NCBI GenBank assembly: GCA_964592105.1
Contig: CAZQBL010000008.1
Coordinates: 1-56,911 of the forward strand
Direction of reading: 5' to 3'
Origin: an uncultured Gammaproteobacteria bacterium
GTDB taxonomy: Bacteria; Patescibacteriota; Patescibacteriia; UBA10025; JAHIVO01
DNA: 56,911 bases
Part shown: in pieces, positions 29,923-38,920 of the stretch
How positions within the stretch are numbered: position 1 is the stretch's first letter
Layout: every line of letters starts with the position of its first letter
Notes under the pieces: model-generated
Database searches by the model: none
What the model was told of the DNA's origin: nothing
Seen by the model: the letters and a program-made list of their open reading frames with translations, nothing else
Position numbers and translations under genes: made by a program

Positions 29923-30855
29923 TTACCTGTTGACGAAAAATTCCGTGACCACGAAGAGAAGATAAAATAGAACCAGAACTATCGCCTCGCGTTTGGTCAG
30001 TCTTTTGTCCGTTCGCATGAATTGGAACAAAAACAAAGCGGCCGATAACATAAAAAGGCCGGTTATATAAATAAGGCGGGGGTTAAAGTCAATTGGCCTG
30101 ATCAAAGCTACAAGCCCGACGACTATGGTAGCATCCGATAGAACAGTGCCGAGCAGATCGGCCAGGGCCAGGCCGTCATAGTGGTGGCGTACTGCCTTGA
30201 TCGAAAAAAACATCTCCGGGAGAGTGGTGCCAAGTCCCACAACCAGCATGCCGACGAGAATAGGATTTATCTGGAGGTCAGAGGCCACGGAAATTCCATA
30301 GTTTACGGTTAGATGCGCACCTAGCAGCAGTACGGCCATACTGATAATCAAACTGAGCAGGTTTTTCAAGGAAAAAGTATAGTTACTGCCTTCTACTTGG
30401 CGTCGTTCACGACTAAGAAGCCAAAAATAGAATAAGGAGCCAGCCAATATCAAAAGCAAACCTTCCAATCTGGAGAAATGTCCATTAAAACCGAAAAAGA
30501 GGGGCAGCATTAGCACCAGAATATACCAGTGGCTGGAAGTCAAAATTTTACTTTCTATTTTAACCGAGCGCCAAGAAAAAAAAGTAACGATGGCAAAAAC
30601 CAGCGTCAGATCCGCTACATTTGAGCCGAACAAGGTGCCTAAGCCAAAGGACGGTGAACCTTTTAAGGCGGAGTTGATCGCTATTAACGTTTCTGGCAAT
30701 ATGGAAATGAAAGCGATCACAATGAAACCGACAATGTGAGTGGAAATGCCCAGATTTTTAGCCAGCCGAGAAGAGTACTTAATAGCCAGATCCGCGCTTT
30801 TAATAACGACCAACAGGGATGATATTAATAATACGGTATGAAAAAAAACTGTCAT
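29923..30855 (-). CDS. Ca2+/Na+ antiporter (CaCA, YrbG-like)
   Basis: Alpha repeats SILPE...GSNVAD and GTTLPE...GTVLSD; about 10 TMs. Confidence 0.88.
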   Translation of the reverse strand: MTVFFHTVLLISSLLVVIKSADLAIKYSSRLAKNLGISTHIVGFIVIAFISILPETLIAINSALKGSPSFGLGTLFGSNVADLTLVFAIVTFFSWRSVKIESKILTSSHWYILVLMLPLFFGFNGHFSRLEGLLLILAGSLFYFWLLSRERRQVEGSNYTFSLKNLLSLIISMAVLLLGAHLTVNYGISVASDLQINPILVGMLVVGLGTTLPEMFFSIKAVRHHYDGLALADLLGTVLSDATIVVGLVALIRPIDFNPRLIYITGLFMLSAALFLFQFMRTDKRLTKREAIVLVLFYLLFVVTEFFVNR

Positions 30856-30928
30856 TTAAATTTTGGGCGAGAGCAGTCTAATTCTGATGTTACTAAGGAC
30901 AGTCGATTACTCCCGTTAATAGTAATTT

Positions 30929-31900
30929 TTATCCTATCTTATTTTCCGATTTCTGGATGTTTAGTCCGATTTCCTTCCATTCAGTCATGACTTGCTCTAT
31001 ATCTTTGGCTTCCACCACCAATGATCTGGCTGAGTGGGGTTCGGTGTTGATGGTCTGCAGTTTGACTTTGGCCGCGGCCTCGTCCATGAGGTCGATGGCT
31101 TTGTCCGGAAAATACCGGTCATGTATATTTTGGTCAGCTAATTCTACGCATTTTTTCAGGGCCTCGTCGCTGATTTTCAACTGATGGTGCTTTTCATAGC
31201 GTGAACGCACGCCTTTTAGAATGGCCAAGGTTTGTTCCTTGGTTGGTTCGTCGATCATGACTGGTTGAAAGCGGCGTTCTAAAGTGGTGTCCTGTTCCAC
31301 GTATTTTTTGTAATCCTCCATAGTCGTGGCCCCGATGACCTGAAGTTCTCCTCGGGCTAGGGCTGGTTTGAGAATATCCGCCGCATCTATGGCGCCGGTA
31401 GCTTGGCCGGCCTCGGCTAGTGTATGTAATTCGTCAATAAAGAGTATTATTTTCCGTTCGGCGGCGATAATTTCGTCTACTAATGATTTTAGTCGTTTTT
31501 CAAATTCGCCCCGGTATTTGGTGCCGGCCACCAGACCTGACAAGTCTAAAGCCAAAACTCGCTTGTCGGCCAGCGAAGGCGTGACCGTGCCCGCGGCGAT
31601 TTTATTGGCCAAACCTTCGACAATGGCGGTTTTGCCCACCCCCGAATGGCCGATAAGTACCGGGTTGTTCTTTGTCCGGCGAGAGAGGATTTCGATGACA
31701 CGGTCGATTTCCTTATCGCGTCCGATGACCGGATCGAGCTTGTTCTGACGAGAATAAGCTGTTAAATCCTTGGAATAAAGCTCCAGGACCTTGAAACTGG
31801 TCCTGGTTTTAATATTTTCGCGGTACATCCAGATAATCACCACGCCCAAAACGATTAGTATTAGTAGTAATGAGTATGATCCGGTTGGGAACGTTTCCAT
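30929..31900 (-). CDS. ClpA/B/C-like protein with NBD1 only and an N-terminal TM anchor
   Basis: [57 protein letters not shown]; N-terminal [14 protein letters not shown]. Confidence 0.9.
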   Translation of the reverse strand: METFPTGSYSLLLILIVLGVVIIWMYRENIKTRTSFKVLELYSKDLTAYSRQNKLDPVIGRDKEIDRVIEILSRRTKNNPVLIGHSGVGKTAIVEGLANKIAAGTVTPSLADKRVLALDLSGLVAGTKYRGEFEKRLKSLVDEIIAAERKIILFIDELHTLAEAGQATGAIDAADILKPALARGELQVIGATTMEDYKKYVEQDTTLERRFQPVMIDEPTKEQTLAILKGVRSRYEKHHQLKISDEALKKCVELADQNIHDRYFPDKAIDLMDEAAAKVKLQTINTEPHSARSLVVEAKDIEQVMTEWKEIGLNIQKSENKIG

Positions 31901-31936
31901 AATAATATAATTGATTTTATATAACCTTATAAATGG

Positions 31937-32881
31937 TTATTCAAGCCAGCGGCGGTTTTTGAAAAAGCGGACGACTAACAGGGCGATTGATATTTCCAGA
32001 ACGATGATCATCCAGAAGCCTAAGGGCCAGTGGACGATTGGTGTGCCGGGCGCCTTAATGGCCAGGATGGTGGCGATGAGGGTTAGAATAAAAATAACTA
32101 CCGAAATTATGGTAAAAGTCTTCATTATCTCATTTAAGCGGAAGGAAATTAATGATTCGTTGGTGTCTCGTAAGGCCTCAATGGCCTCCCGAGAACTTTC
32201 AAGAGAATCCCAAATTTCTTTTGTATGTTCTATAAGATTATTTAAGTATACGTCAGCTTTTTCTGGGTCAAATATTTTTAGTGAATGATTGGCTTCTTTT
32301 AATTTTTTTATAACATTTTTATGGGCGACCATAATTTTCCGGAAATTAACGATATTTCGGCGAGTAATCAGGATTTCTTGAACCATATTTTTTTCTTGGC
32401 CGTTGAAAATATGTTTTTCAATCTTATTGATGTCAATACTTAAGTGATCAAGAATAGGCAGACAATAGGACAATAATTTTTTCAGCATGGTATACAGAAA
32501 GATGATAGCATTATTTGAAAGTAGTTCTTCGCGTTCCTGAAGGTTTTTCGCTTTTTTTAAATGATTAAATAGACCAACAATTTCTGATAATTGGTTTTCA
32601 TGAACGGAAATGATGTAATCTTTGCTGACGAAAAAGTCAACCTCGGCTGGTTGGATTTCCCGTGTTTTCCTGTTATAATAGGGGAACAAAAAAACAAGGA
32701 AGAGGTATTTTTCATACTCCTCAATTTTCGGCCGCTGTCCACTGATGATGCAGTCCTTAAGGTTGAGGAGGTGAAAGTCGAAGTTTTTTTTGAGATATTT
32801 TATCTCCGGAGCGTTGAGGTCGTTGACTCCAGTTATATTAATCCAGCGCAGATGTTTGCTCCGGATTTCCTCCATGGCCAT
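31937..32881 (-). CDS. CorA family transporter paralog lacking the GMN signature
   Basis: FHLLNLKDC..QRPK.E.Y..YLF, LNEIMKTFT, two C-terminal TMs; AIK where GMN is expected. Confidence 0.85.
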   Translation of the reverse strand: MAMEEIRSKHLRWINITGVNDLNAPEIKYLKKNFDFHLLNLKDCIISGQRPKIEEYEKYLFLVFLFPYYNRKTREIQPAEVDFFVSKDYIISVHENQLSEIVGLFNHLKKAKNLQEREELLSNNAIIFLYTMLKKLLSYCLPILDHLSIDINKIEKHIFNGQEKNMVQEILITRRNIVNFRKIMVAHKNVIKKLKEANHSLKIFDPEKADVYLNNLIEHTKEIWDSLESSREAIEALRDTNESLISFRLNEIMKTFTIISVVIFILTLIATILAIKAPGTPIVHWPLGFWMIIVLEISIALLVVRFFKNRRWLE

Positions 32882-33107
32882 ATATTTGTATTTGTTTTAT
32901 TACCACTAAATTATGATACTCATTTCGCGAATGATAGGAAAAAGTTTAGCGCAATGAGCAATGATTTTTGTGTAATTTCGTTAATTAGGATTTGTGATTT
33001 ATGTATTTATATTGTAGCATACTTTTGTGTTTTTGACAAGATGGAAGCGCAGAAATAAAAAACAGGCGCCTTGCTTTTTGCCTAGGCGCCTTTCTTATTT
33101 TGGTATT

Positions 33108-33593
33108 TCACCAAACTATCTTGAAAATTCGTGAGGAATTTGGTTTTCCTCTCACCCGTGTTTCCTGGTGTGGCTGGTTCCAAATATCGTAGACGGTGAT
33201 TATTTCACGATAGTACATCCTGATAATCAGCGAACTTTGTCCGTGTTTGCTGGAGCGCGGAGCTTCAATGTAAACGACGGCGTCGGCTCGGTACTCGTTG
33301 GTTGAGCCAAGCCAATCGACAGTAAAGTGGTCGGGGGTAATAGTTGTATCGCCGATAATCGACGTCCGGCCACTGACTCTGAAATTCAACCAACGTTTTT
33401 CTTCAATGCTGATGACGTCGCCAATGGGATAAATTTCCCTGCTGGTCTTGCCATCAGTAATTGTAAAAAAGTAATCTTCATAAGATGGCGTCAGCACGAA
33501 TATTCCTCCGCCAGTGCGAAATGACGCCACGCATCCGGATAATAGCGCAACCAGCCATAAGACGCCGATAAAAAGGAGCAATCTATTTTTCAT
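33108..33593 (-). CDS. Orphan lipoprotein
   Basis: Lipobox LLSGC; SD GGAGGT; TTGACA-17-TAATAT promoter; terminator at about 33057-33092. Confidence 0.75.
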   Translation of the reverse strand: MKNRLLLFIGVLWLVALLSGCVASFRTGGGIFVLTPSYEDYFFTITDGKTSREIYPIGDVISIEEKRWLNFRVSGRTSIIGDTTITPDHFTVDWLGSTNEYRADAVVYIEAPRSSKHGQSSLIIRMYYREIITVYDIWNQPHQETRVRGKPNSSRIFKIVW

Positions 33594-33749
33594 GATTTAC
33601 CTCCAAAAAAATGGATTTTCTGCTTTTGACATTGAATATTAGCACGGTTGATTAAATTTGTCAATAAAAAAAGGTACTAGAAGGGTTCATGGGTAAAAAC
33701 TTGAATTTTGCGTCAAAATGTGATATAATTAAATATGTAACAATATATT

Positions 33750-34292
33750 ATGACTGACATAAAAAATGTCGATAAGAAAGAGAGGGGTCCTTTAATCGTT
33801 GAGGATATTTTTGAGTCGGAGAAAAAAACCAAAACAGCGGAAAAATCACTTCCCGAGGTATTATCAGAAAAGAAAATCGAGGTTGCCCCTGAAATCCGTC
33901 CAGAGTCAGGCGCTGAACAGAAAGTTGAAGGGGAGACGGATAGACAAAAATACGCCCCAGTGACCTCAAGGCCGGTTCAGCCGCCCATGTCGGAGGTCAA
34001 AGATCCCGAAATTGTTCGAATTGAGTCCATTTTGTCCGAGCATTTGGATGAGCTTTATTTATCGATGACGCCCCAGCAACAGTTGGTTTTTCGGGCAAAA
34101 GGAGAGGAGGCGGCTAATAAGATTCATAAATTGTTAAAAGACGTAAAGATCAGAGTAAAAGAAATATTAAATTTGATTAAAGATTGGCTGAAGCTTTTGC
34201 CGGGAATCAATAAATTTTTTCTGGAACAGGAAGCGAAAATTAAAACCGACCGGCTATTGAACATGCGCGAACAAAAATTCAAACAAAAATAA
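33750..34292 (+). CDS. Hypothetical protein upstream of the coupling-protein-like ATPase
   Basis: Charged N-terminus; C-terminal WLKLLPGINKFFLEQEAKIKTD. Confidence 0.8.
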   Translation: MTDIKNVDKKERGPLIVEDIFESEKKTKTAEKSLPEVLSEKKIEVAPEIRPESGAEQKVEGETDRQKYAPVTSRPVQPPMSEVKDPEIVRIESILSEHLDELYLSMTPQQQLVFRAKGEEAANKIHKLLKDVKIRVKEILNLIKDWLKLLPGINKFFLEQEAKIKTDRLLNMREQKFKQK

Positions 34293-34298
34293 TATTTT

Positions 34299-36869
34299 TT
34301 GACTTACATGTTAGTCCTAGAGGGCTTAGCCCCAATAATAGAGACGAGAGGACAAACTGAAGTGGCATCGGCCGGTATTTTTAGTAATGCAATTTTTCCC
34401 ATCACCCTGCTTGGTGTTTCGGCGCTGATTTTATTGATTGGGGTTTTTTTCTTATTGAGACGATACGTCCGTGGAGAAAAAGCTATACCCCAGGCCTTTC
34501 GCAAGATCATACTTTTGGTGACCGTGCCCAAAGAGTCGGAGATAAAAGAGACAGCGGGAGAACGGGCGAAAACCATGGCTGAAATGCTGGCTATACCCGA
34601 GGCCTGGTTTTCTATACTGGGCGGCATGAAGGCCCAGCGCGGTTTAGGGACGGTCATGGGTGGCCGACATGATCATTTTTCTTTAGAGATTGTAGCCAAT
34701 CAGGGTTTGATCAGTTTTTACGTGGCCGTGCCTAGTTATTTCCGCGATTACATGGAACAGCACATTAATGCTCAATATCCGCGAGCGCAGATTGAGGAGG
34801 TGGAGGATTATAATATTTTCAAACCGCAAAGCACAATTATGTCCACAACTTTGCGCTTGCGCAAGCCATATATTTTTCCTATCCGCACTTTTCGTCAGCT
34901 CGACGTTGACCCTTTAAATGCCCTGACTAACGTTCTTTCCAAAATCGATAGAGATGAAGGAGCGGTGATTCAATACGTGGTCAGGTCGGCTAAAAGGCAA
35001 TGGCATTATTGGGGCGCCAGAGTGGCCCGGGATATGCACCGCGGTAAGACTTTGAATGAAGCTTTGGGTCGGCCTGGTGTTTGGGGATTTATCCTGGAGG
35101 TTTTTCGGACGTTTTTTCCTAGAAAGAAAACTTCCTTAGGAGAACAACGACCGATACAGCTTTCCCCACGTGACGAAGAAATTTCCAAAAGTCTTGAGGA
35201 AAAAACCGCCAAAGCAGGCATGGAAGTCAACATCAGAATAGTCGTGTCCGGTACTTCACGGGAAATCGTCCAGGCGCATCTGCGCGATATTGTCGATTCT
35301 TTCAGTCAATATTCCCTTTATGAATATGGTAACGGTTTTTGCAGAAAAGATCCTTGGTCCAAAGATAAGCTTATTAAAGATTTTATTTATCGAAATTTTG
35401 ATAATCGGGCAAAGATGATATTGAATTCCGAAGAGATGGCCAGTCTTTTTCATTTTCCTCTGCCCACTACTGAAACTCCAAATATCCGTTGGTTACAAGC
35501 TCGGAAAGCTCCGGCCCCAACCAACATGCCTACCGAAGGGTTGGTTCTGGGTCGCAACCTTTATCGGGGAGTGGAAACCGTGGTGCGGATCAAGGAAAAT
35601 GACCGTCGTCGACATGTCTATATAATCGGTAAGTCAGGTGTAGGCAAATCCGTCTTGCTGTCCAATATGATAATTCAGGATATCCAGAACGGCCAAGGTG
35701 TCGGGGTGGTTGATCCGCATGGGGATTTGATTAACTCTGTCTTGCCCCATATACCAAAAGAGCGGGCTGAGGATGTTATTATTTTTAATCCCTCGGATAT
35801 GGAACGGCCGGTTGGTCTAAATATGCTGGAGGCCAAGACGCTGGAGGAGAAGGATTTTGCTGTTCAGGAGATGATTGCCATTTTTTATAAATTATTCCCG
35901 CCCGAGATGATTGGACCGATGTTTGAGCATAATATGCGGAATGTTATGCTGACCCTGATGGAGGACGAAAAATATCCCGGCACCATCGCGGAAATACCGC
36001 GTATGTTCACTGATTCGGCTTTTCAGAAATACAAATTGACAAAGGTCAAGGATTCGGTGGTCAGGGCTTTTTGGGAAAAAGAGATGGCTAAGACTTCGGA
36101 TTTCCATAAATCAGAAATGTTGGGTTATCTGATTTCAAAAGTCGGCCGTTTCGTGGAAAACCAGATGATGCGTAATATTATCGGTCAAAGCAAATCCGGT
36201 TTTGATTTTGAGGACGTCATGAATAATAAGAAGATTTTACTGGTCAACCTATCCAAAGGCACGACTGGCGAAGTCAACAGTAATTTACTGGGTTTGATAG
36301 TCGTTTCCAAACTGCAGATGGCGGCCATGAAACGCGCCGCTTTGCCGGAATCGCAACGAAGCGATTTTTACCTGTACCTTGATGAGTTTCAGAATTTCGT
36401 GACCGACAGCATCGCCACTATTTTGTCCGAGGCCAGGAAGTACCGCCTCGACTTGACCATTGCCCATCAATACATCAGTCAGCTGGTTCGTGAAAACAAC
36501 GATACGAAGATTAGGGACGCTGTTTTTGGTAATGTCGGGACGATGGTTGCTTTCCGCTGCGGCGTGGAAGATGCCAAAACCTTGGCCCAGGAGTTCGCCC
36601 CGGTCTTCACCGAGTACGACGTCATCAACGTAGAAATGTACACGGCTAACGTGAAGCTGCTTATAGATAACACGGTTTCTAAGCCTTTTAATATGCAGAC
36701 ATATCCGCCACAGCCGGGTAATCCGGAGATAGCCAAAGCAATCGTAGAGCTGTCACGTTTGAAATACGGTCGTGACCGCAAAGTTGTTGAAGCAGAGATT
36801 TTGGAAAAATCCCGTTTGGGCGAGCCGATCCCGACCCAGGGGCAGCCGATCGGCGGGAGGAATTTGTAG
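34299..36869 (+). CDS. Type IV secretion coupling protein-like (TraD/VirD4/HerA-type) ATPase
   Basis: N-terminal TM; RRRHVYIIGKSGVGKS, VDPHGD, YLDEFQNF, SEARKYRL.L..AHQY; alternative ATG at 34308. Confidence 0.88.
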   Translation: MTYMLVLEGLAPIIETRGQTEVASAGIFSNAIFPITLLGVSALILLIGVFFLLRRYVRGEKAIPQAFRKIILLVTVPKESEIKETAGERAKTMAEMLAIPEAWFSILGGMKAQRGLGTVMGGRHDHFSLEIVANQGLISFYVAVPSYFRDYMEQHINAQYPRAQIEEVEDYNIFKPQSTIMSTTLRLRKPYIFPIRTFRQLDVDPLNALTNVLSKIDRDEGAVIQYVVRSAKRQWHYWGARVARDMHRGKTLNEALGRPGVWGFILEVFRTFFPRKKTSLGEQRPIQLSPRDEEISKSLEEKTAKAGMEVNIRIVVSGTSREIVQAHLRDIVDSFSQYSLYEYGNGFCRKDPWSKDKLIKDFIYRNFDNRAKMILNSEEMASLFHFPLPTTETPNIRWLQARKAPAPTNMPTEGLVLGRNLYRGVETVVRIKENDRRRHVYIIGKSGVGKSVLLSNMIIQDIQNGQGVGVVDPHGDLINSVLPHIPKERAEDVIIFNPSDMERPVGLNMLEAKTLEEKDFAVQEMIAIFYKLFPPEMIGPMFEHNMRNVMLTLMEDEKYPGTIAEIPRMFTDSAFQKYKLTKVKDSVVRAFWEKEMAKTSDFHKSEMLGYLISKVGRFVENQMMRNIIGQSKSGFDFEDVMNNKKILLVNLSKGTTGEVNSNLLGLIVVSKLQMAAMKRAALPESQRSDFYLYLDEFQNFVTDSIATILSEARKYRLDLTIAHQYISQLVRENNDTKIRDAVFGNVGTMVAFRCGVEDAKTLAQEFAPVFTEYDVINVEMYTANVKLLIDNTVSKPFNMQTYPPQPGNPEIAKAIVELSRLKYGRDRKVVEAEILEKSRLGEPIPTQGQPIGGRNL

Positions 36870-36921
36870 GTCGGTCATTTGTCAACTACAATAGGTAATT
36901 TGTATTTTTAATTAAATATTC

Positions 36922-37471
36922 ATGCCTAAGCTGTTGAAATTTTTTTAAGTCTAATAAGACCATGAATTGAAAAATTGAGACAGTTACAGCTTAAAAAGTC
37001 CAGGGGGCAGAAAGTAGGGACAGCCGTCATGGTATTCGTCGTTTTTATTTGGGCGCAGCCATAGTATTTGGCTTTTTCCGAAATAATCAGAAAAACCGGT
37101 CATTACCTTTATTTATTAAATTATGATTTTTTTAGTTTGGGCTGATGAAGCGAAGATGAATACCGTTGAAGTAGTTAATTTGGGAGAGAGAAGGGGTGTC
37201 GAGTCTTATGTGAGTTGTTGTGAGCTGAATTAAAATTATTGTGTCTTTATGTTCAGGTTATACCGCTTTCATGTTTTCATTTAGGGGTGATTTTTTTGTT
37301 GTTACAAACACCAATTCGGATGGTCTTGACGAAGTTATCACGGTCGTGGTGAGGGGGGATAGTCAGCGCTTAGTCAGGATATTCTCCCAGGATGACAAGA
37401 AAATACTTGTTCATTTTTTGTCTTTTCACTGATCTTTTTAAAACGAGGTTCACGTGGGTAGCGGAGAATAA
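36922..37471 (+). pseudogene. Relic of an FG-GAP/VCBS-repeat surface protein
   Basis: TNSDGLDEVIT...VRIFSQD..ILVHFLSFH*SF*NEVHVGSGE* resembles D.DGDG.DEIIT...VR.F repeats with in-frame stops. Confidence 0.5.
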
Positions 37472-37511
37472 GGCATAGACAAAAATAAAATTTGGCGATA
37501 AAATAAGTTAT

Positions 37512-38045
37512 ATGTCTTTAACAGTCATGTATGTAATTATTTTATTGGTGATTTTTTTAGTGTTTGGCACTGCGGCTTATGCCGGAATGAGGGCAGCTCC
37601 CTGGTTACCTGTTTTTAAGAAGGATATAGATCGTATTATTCAGCTGGCGCAGATTAAAGACGACGACTTGGTGTATGATCTCGGTTGCGGTGATGGCCGG
37701 GTTATAGCAGCCATGGCCAATAACACTCAAGCCCAGTTTGTCGGGTATGAAGTGTCTTTTTTGTTGTACTTGCTGGCTAAATTGAAAATTATTTTTCTTG
37801 GTCTTTCAAAACGGGTTGAGATTAGATATGCAGATTTTCTGCGGCGCGACCTCGGACAGGCAAAAATAATTTTTTGTTTTTTAACACCCATGGCCATGAA
37901 GAAGCTTGCGCCAAAGTTCAAAAAAGAGCTAAAAAAGGGCACGCGAATTATTTCTTATAGTTTCTCTTTGCCCGATTGGCAACCACGGGCAATAAGTCGT
38001 TTAGACGACAGGTCAATACCAATTTATTATTACGTGGTTGACTAA
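37512..38045 (+). CDS. Class I SAM-dependent methyltransferase with N-terminal TM
   Basis: APWLP, YDLGCGDGR, ELKKGTRIISYSF. Confidence 0.9.
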   Translation: MSLTVMYVIILLVIFLVFGTAAYAGMRAAPWLPVFKKDIDRIIQLAQIKDDDLVYDLGCGDGRVIAAMANNTQAQFVGYEVSFLLYLLAKLKIIFLGLSKRVEIRYADFLRRDLGQAKIIFCFLTPMAMKKLAPKFKKELKKGTRIISYSFSLPDWQPRAISRLDDRSIPIYYYVVD

Positions 38046-38190
38046 ATTTTGTCTATTTAGTACACTAAAAAGGCAAAATAGAACCCCAATAAAATAAAGT
38101 AAAATAAAAATAAAACACAACACAGCCAGACAAACCTTAAGTAAAATTACACCTTACCAACTTACCAAAATAAAAGCGGAAAAACCAAAT

Positions 38191-38829
38191 ATGGCAAAAC
38201 AAAATAAACTATCACAAATTAAAAAATTATTGGATACAGCCCATATCTCTTTGGAAGGTGCGAGACAGCTTTTGGTAGAGCTGATTGGTCATAAGGATAA
38301 CGAAGCGGTTGAGGTTTCAGACAAAGCCAGAGAGGTGGGCAAAGAAAGCGTAGAGGGCGAAGAAAAAATTATCGAGGGTGTTTTTGACGGACAGAACATG
38401 ATCGGTCCGGATGGTAAGCAATATAGCGTTCCGGCTAATTATGCTTCAAAGTCTAAACTGGTTGTTGGCGACACCTTGAAACTCACCATCAAAGCCGACG
38501 GTACGTTTTTATACAAACAGATCGGCCCGGTGGAGCGAGCGCGTATTGTCGGAATATTGGCCAAGGATGAAACCACCGATGAATTTCGGGTAATCGTAGG
38601 CGACAAAGCTTACCGAGTGTTGCTGGCCAGCATAACTTATTTTAAAGGCGCATCAGGCGATGAGGTAGTGATACTTGTCCCCAAGGACAAGGAGTCCGAA
38701 TGGGCCGCAGTAGAGAATATTATTAAGGCCTCGGAAGTCGCAGCTCGCGTGAAGCAGCAGCAAGTCGGCCAAGATCAGCCCAAACCCGAAGAATCTGGCC
38801 GAGTTGAGGAAATCGAAGACCTAGGCTAG
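38191..38829 (+). CDS. Conserved-looking hypothetical protein
   Basis: IIEGVFDGQNM.GPDGK.Y.VPANYASKSKLV.GD.LKLTI; clean ORF with promoter upstream. Confidence 0.8.
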   Translation: MAKQNKLSQIKKLLDTAHISLEGARQLLVELIGHKDNEAVEVSDKAREVGKESVEGEEKIIEGVFDGQNMIGPDGKQYSVPANYASKSKLVVGDTLKLTIKADGTFLYKQIGPVERARIVGILAKDETTDEFRVIVGDKAYRVLLASITYFKGASGDEVVILVPKDKESEWAAVENIIKASEVAARVKQQQVGQDQPKPEESGRVEEIEDLG

Positions 38830-38920
38830 CCACTTTTCTGGCCGCTTGTAAAAATATATTGCTTTCTCCTACATATAGGTGTACACTGTAATCGTATAAA
38901 AATTGTGCGATTTTTTTATT

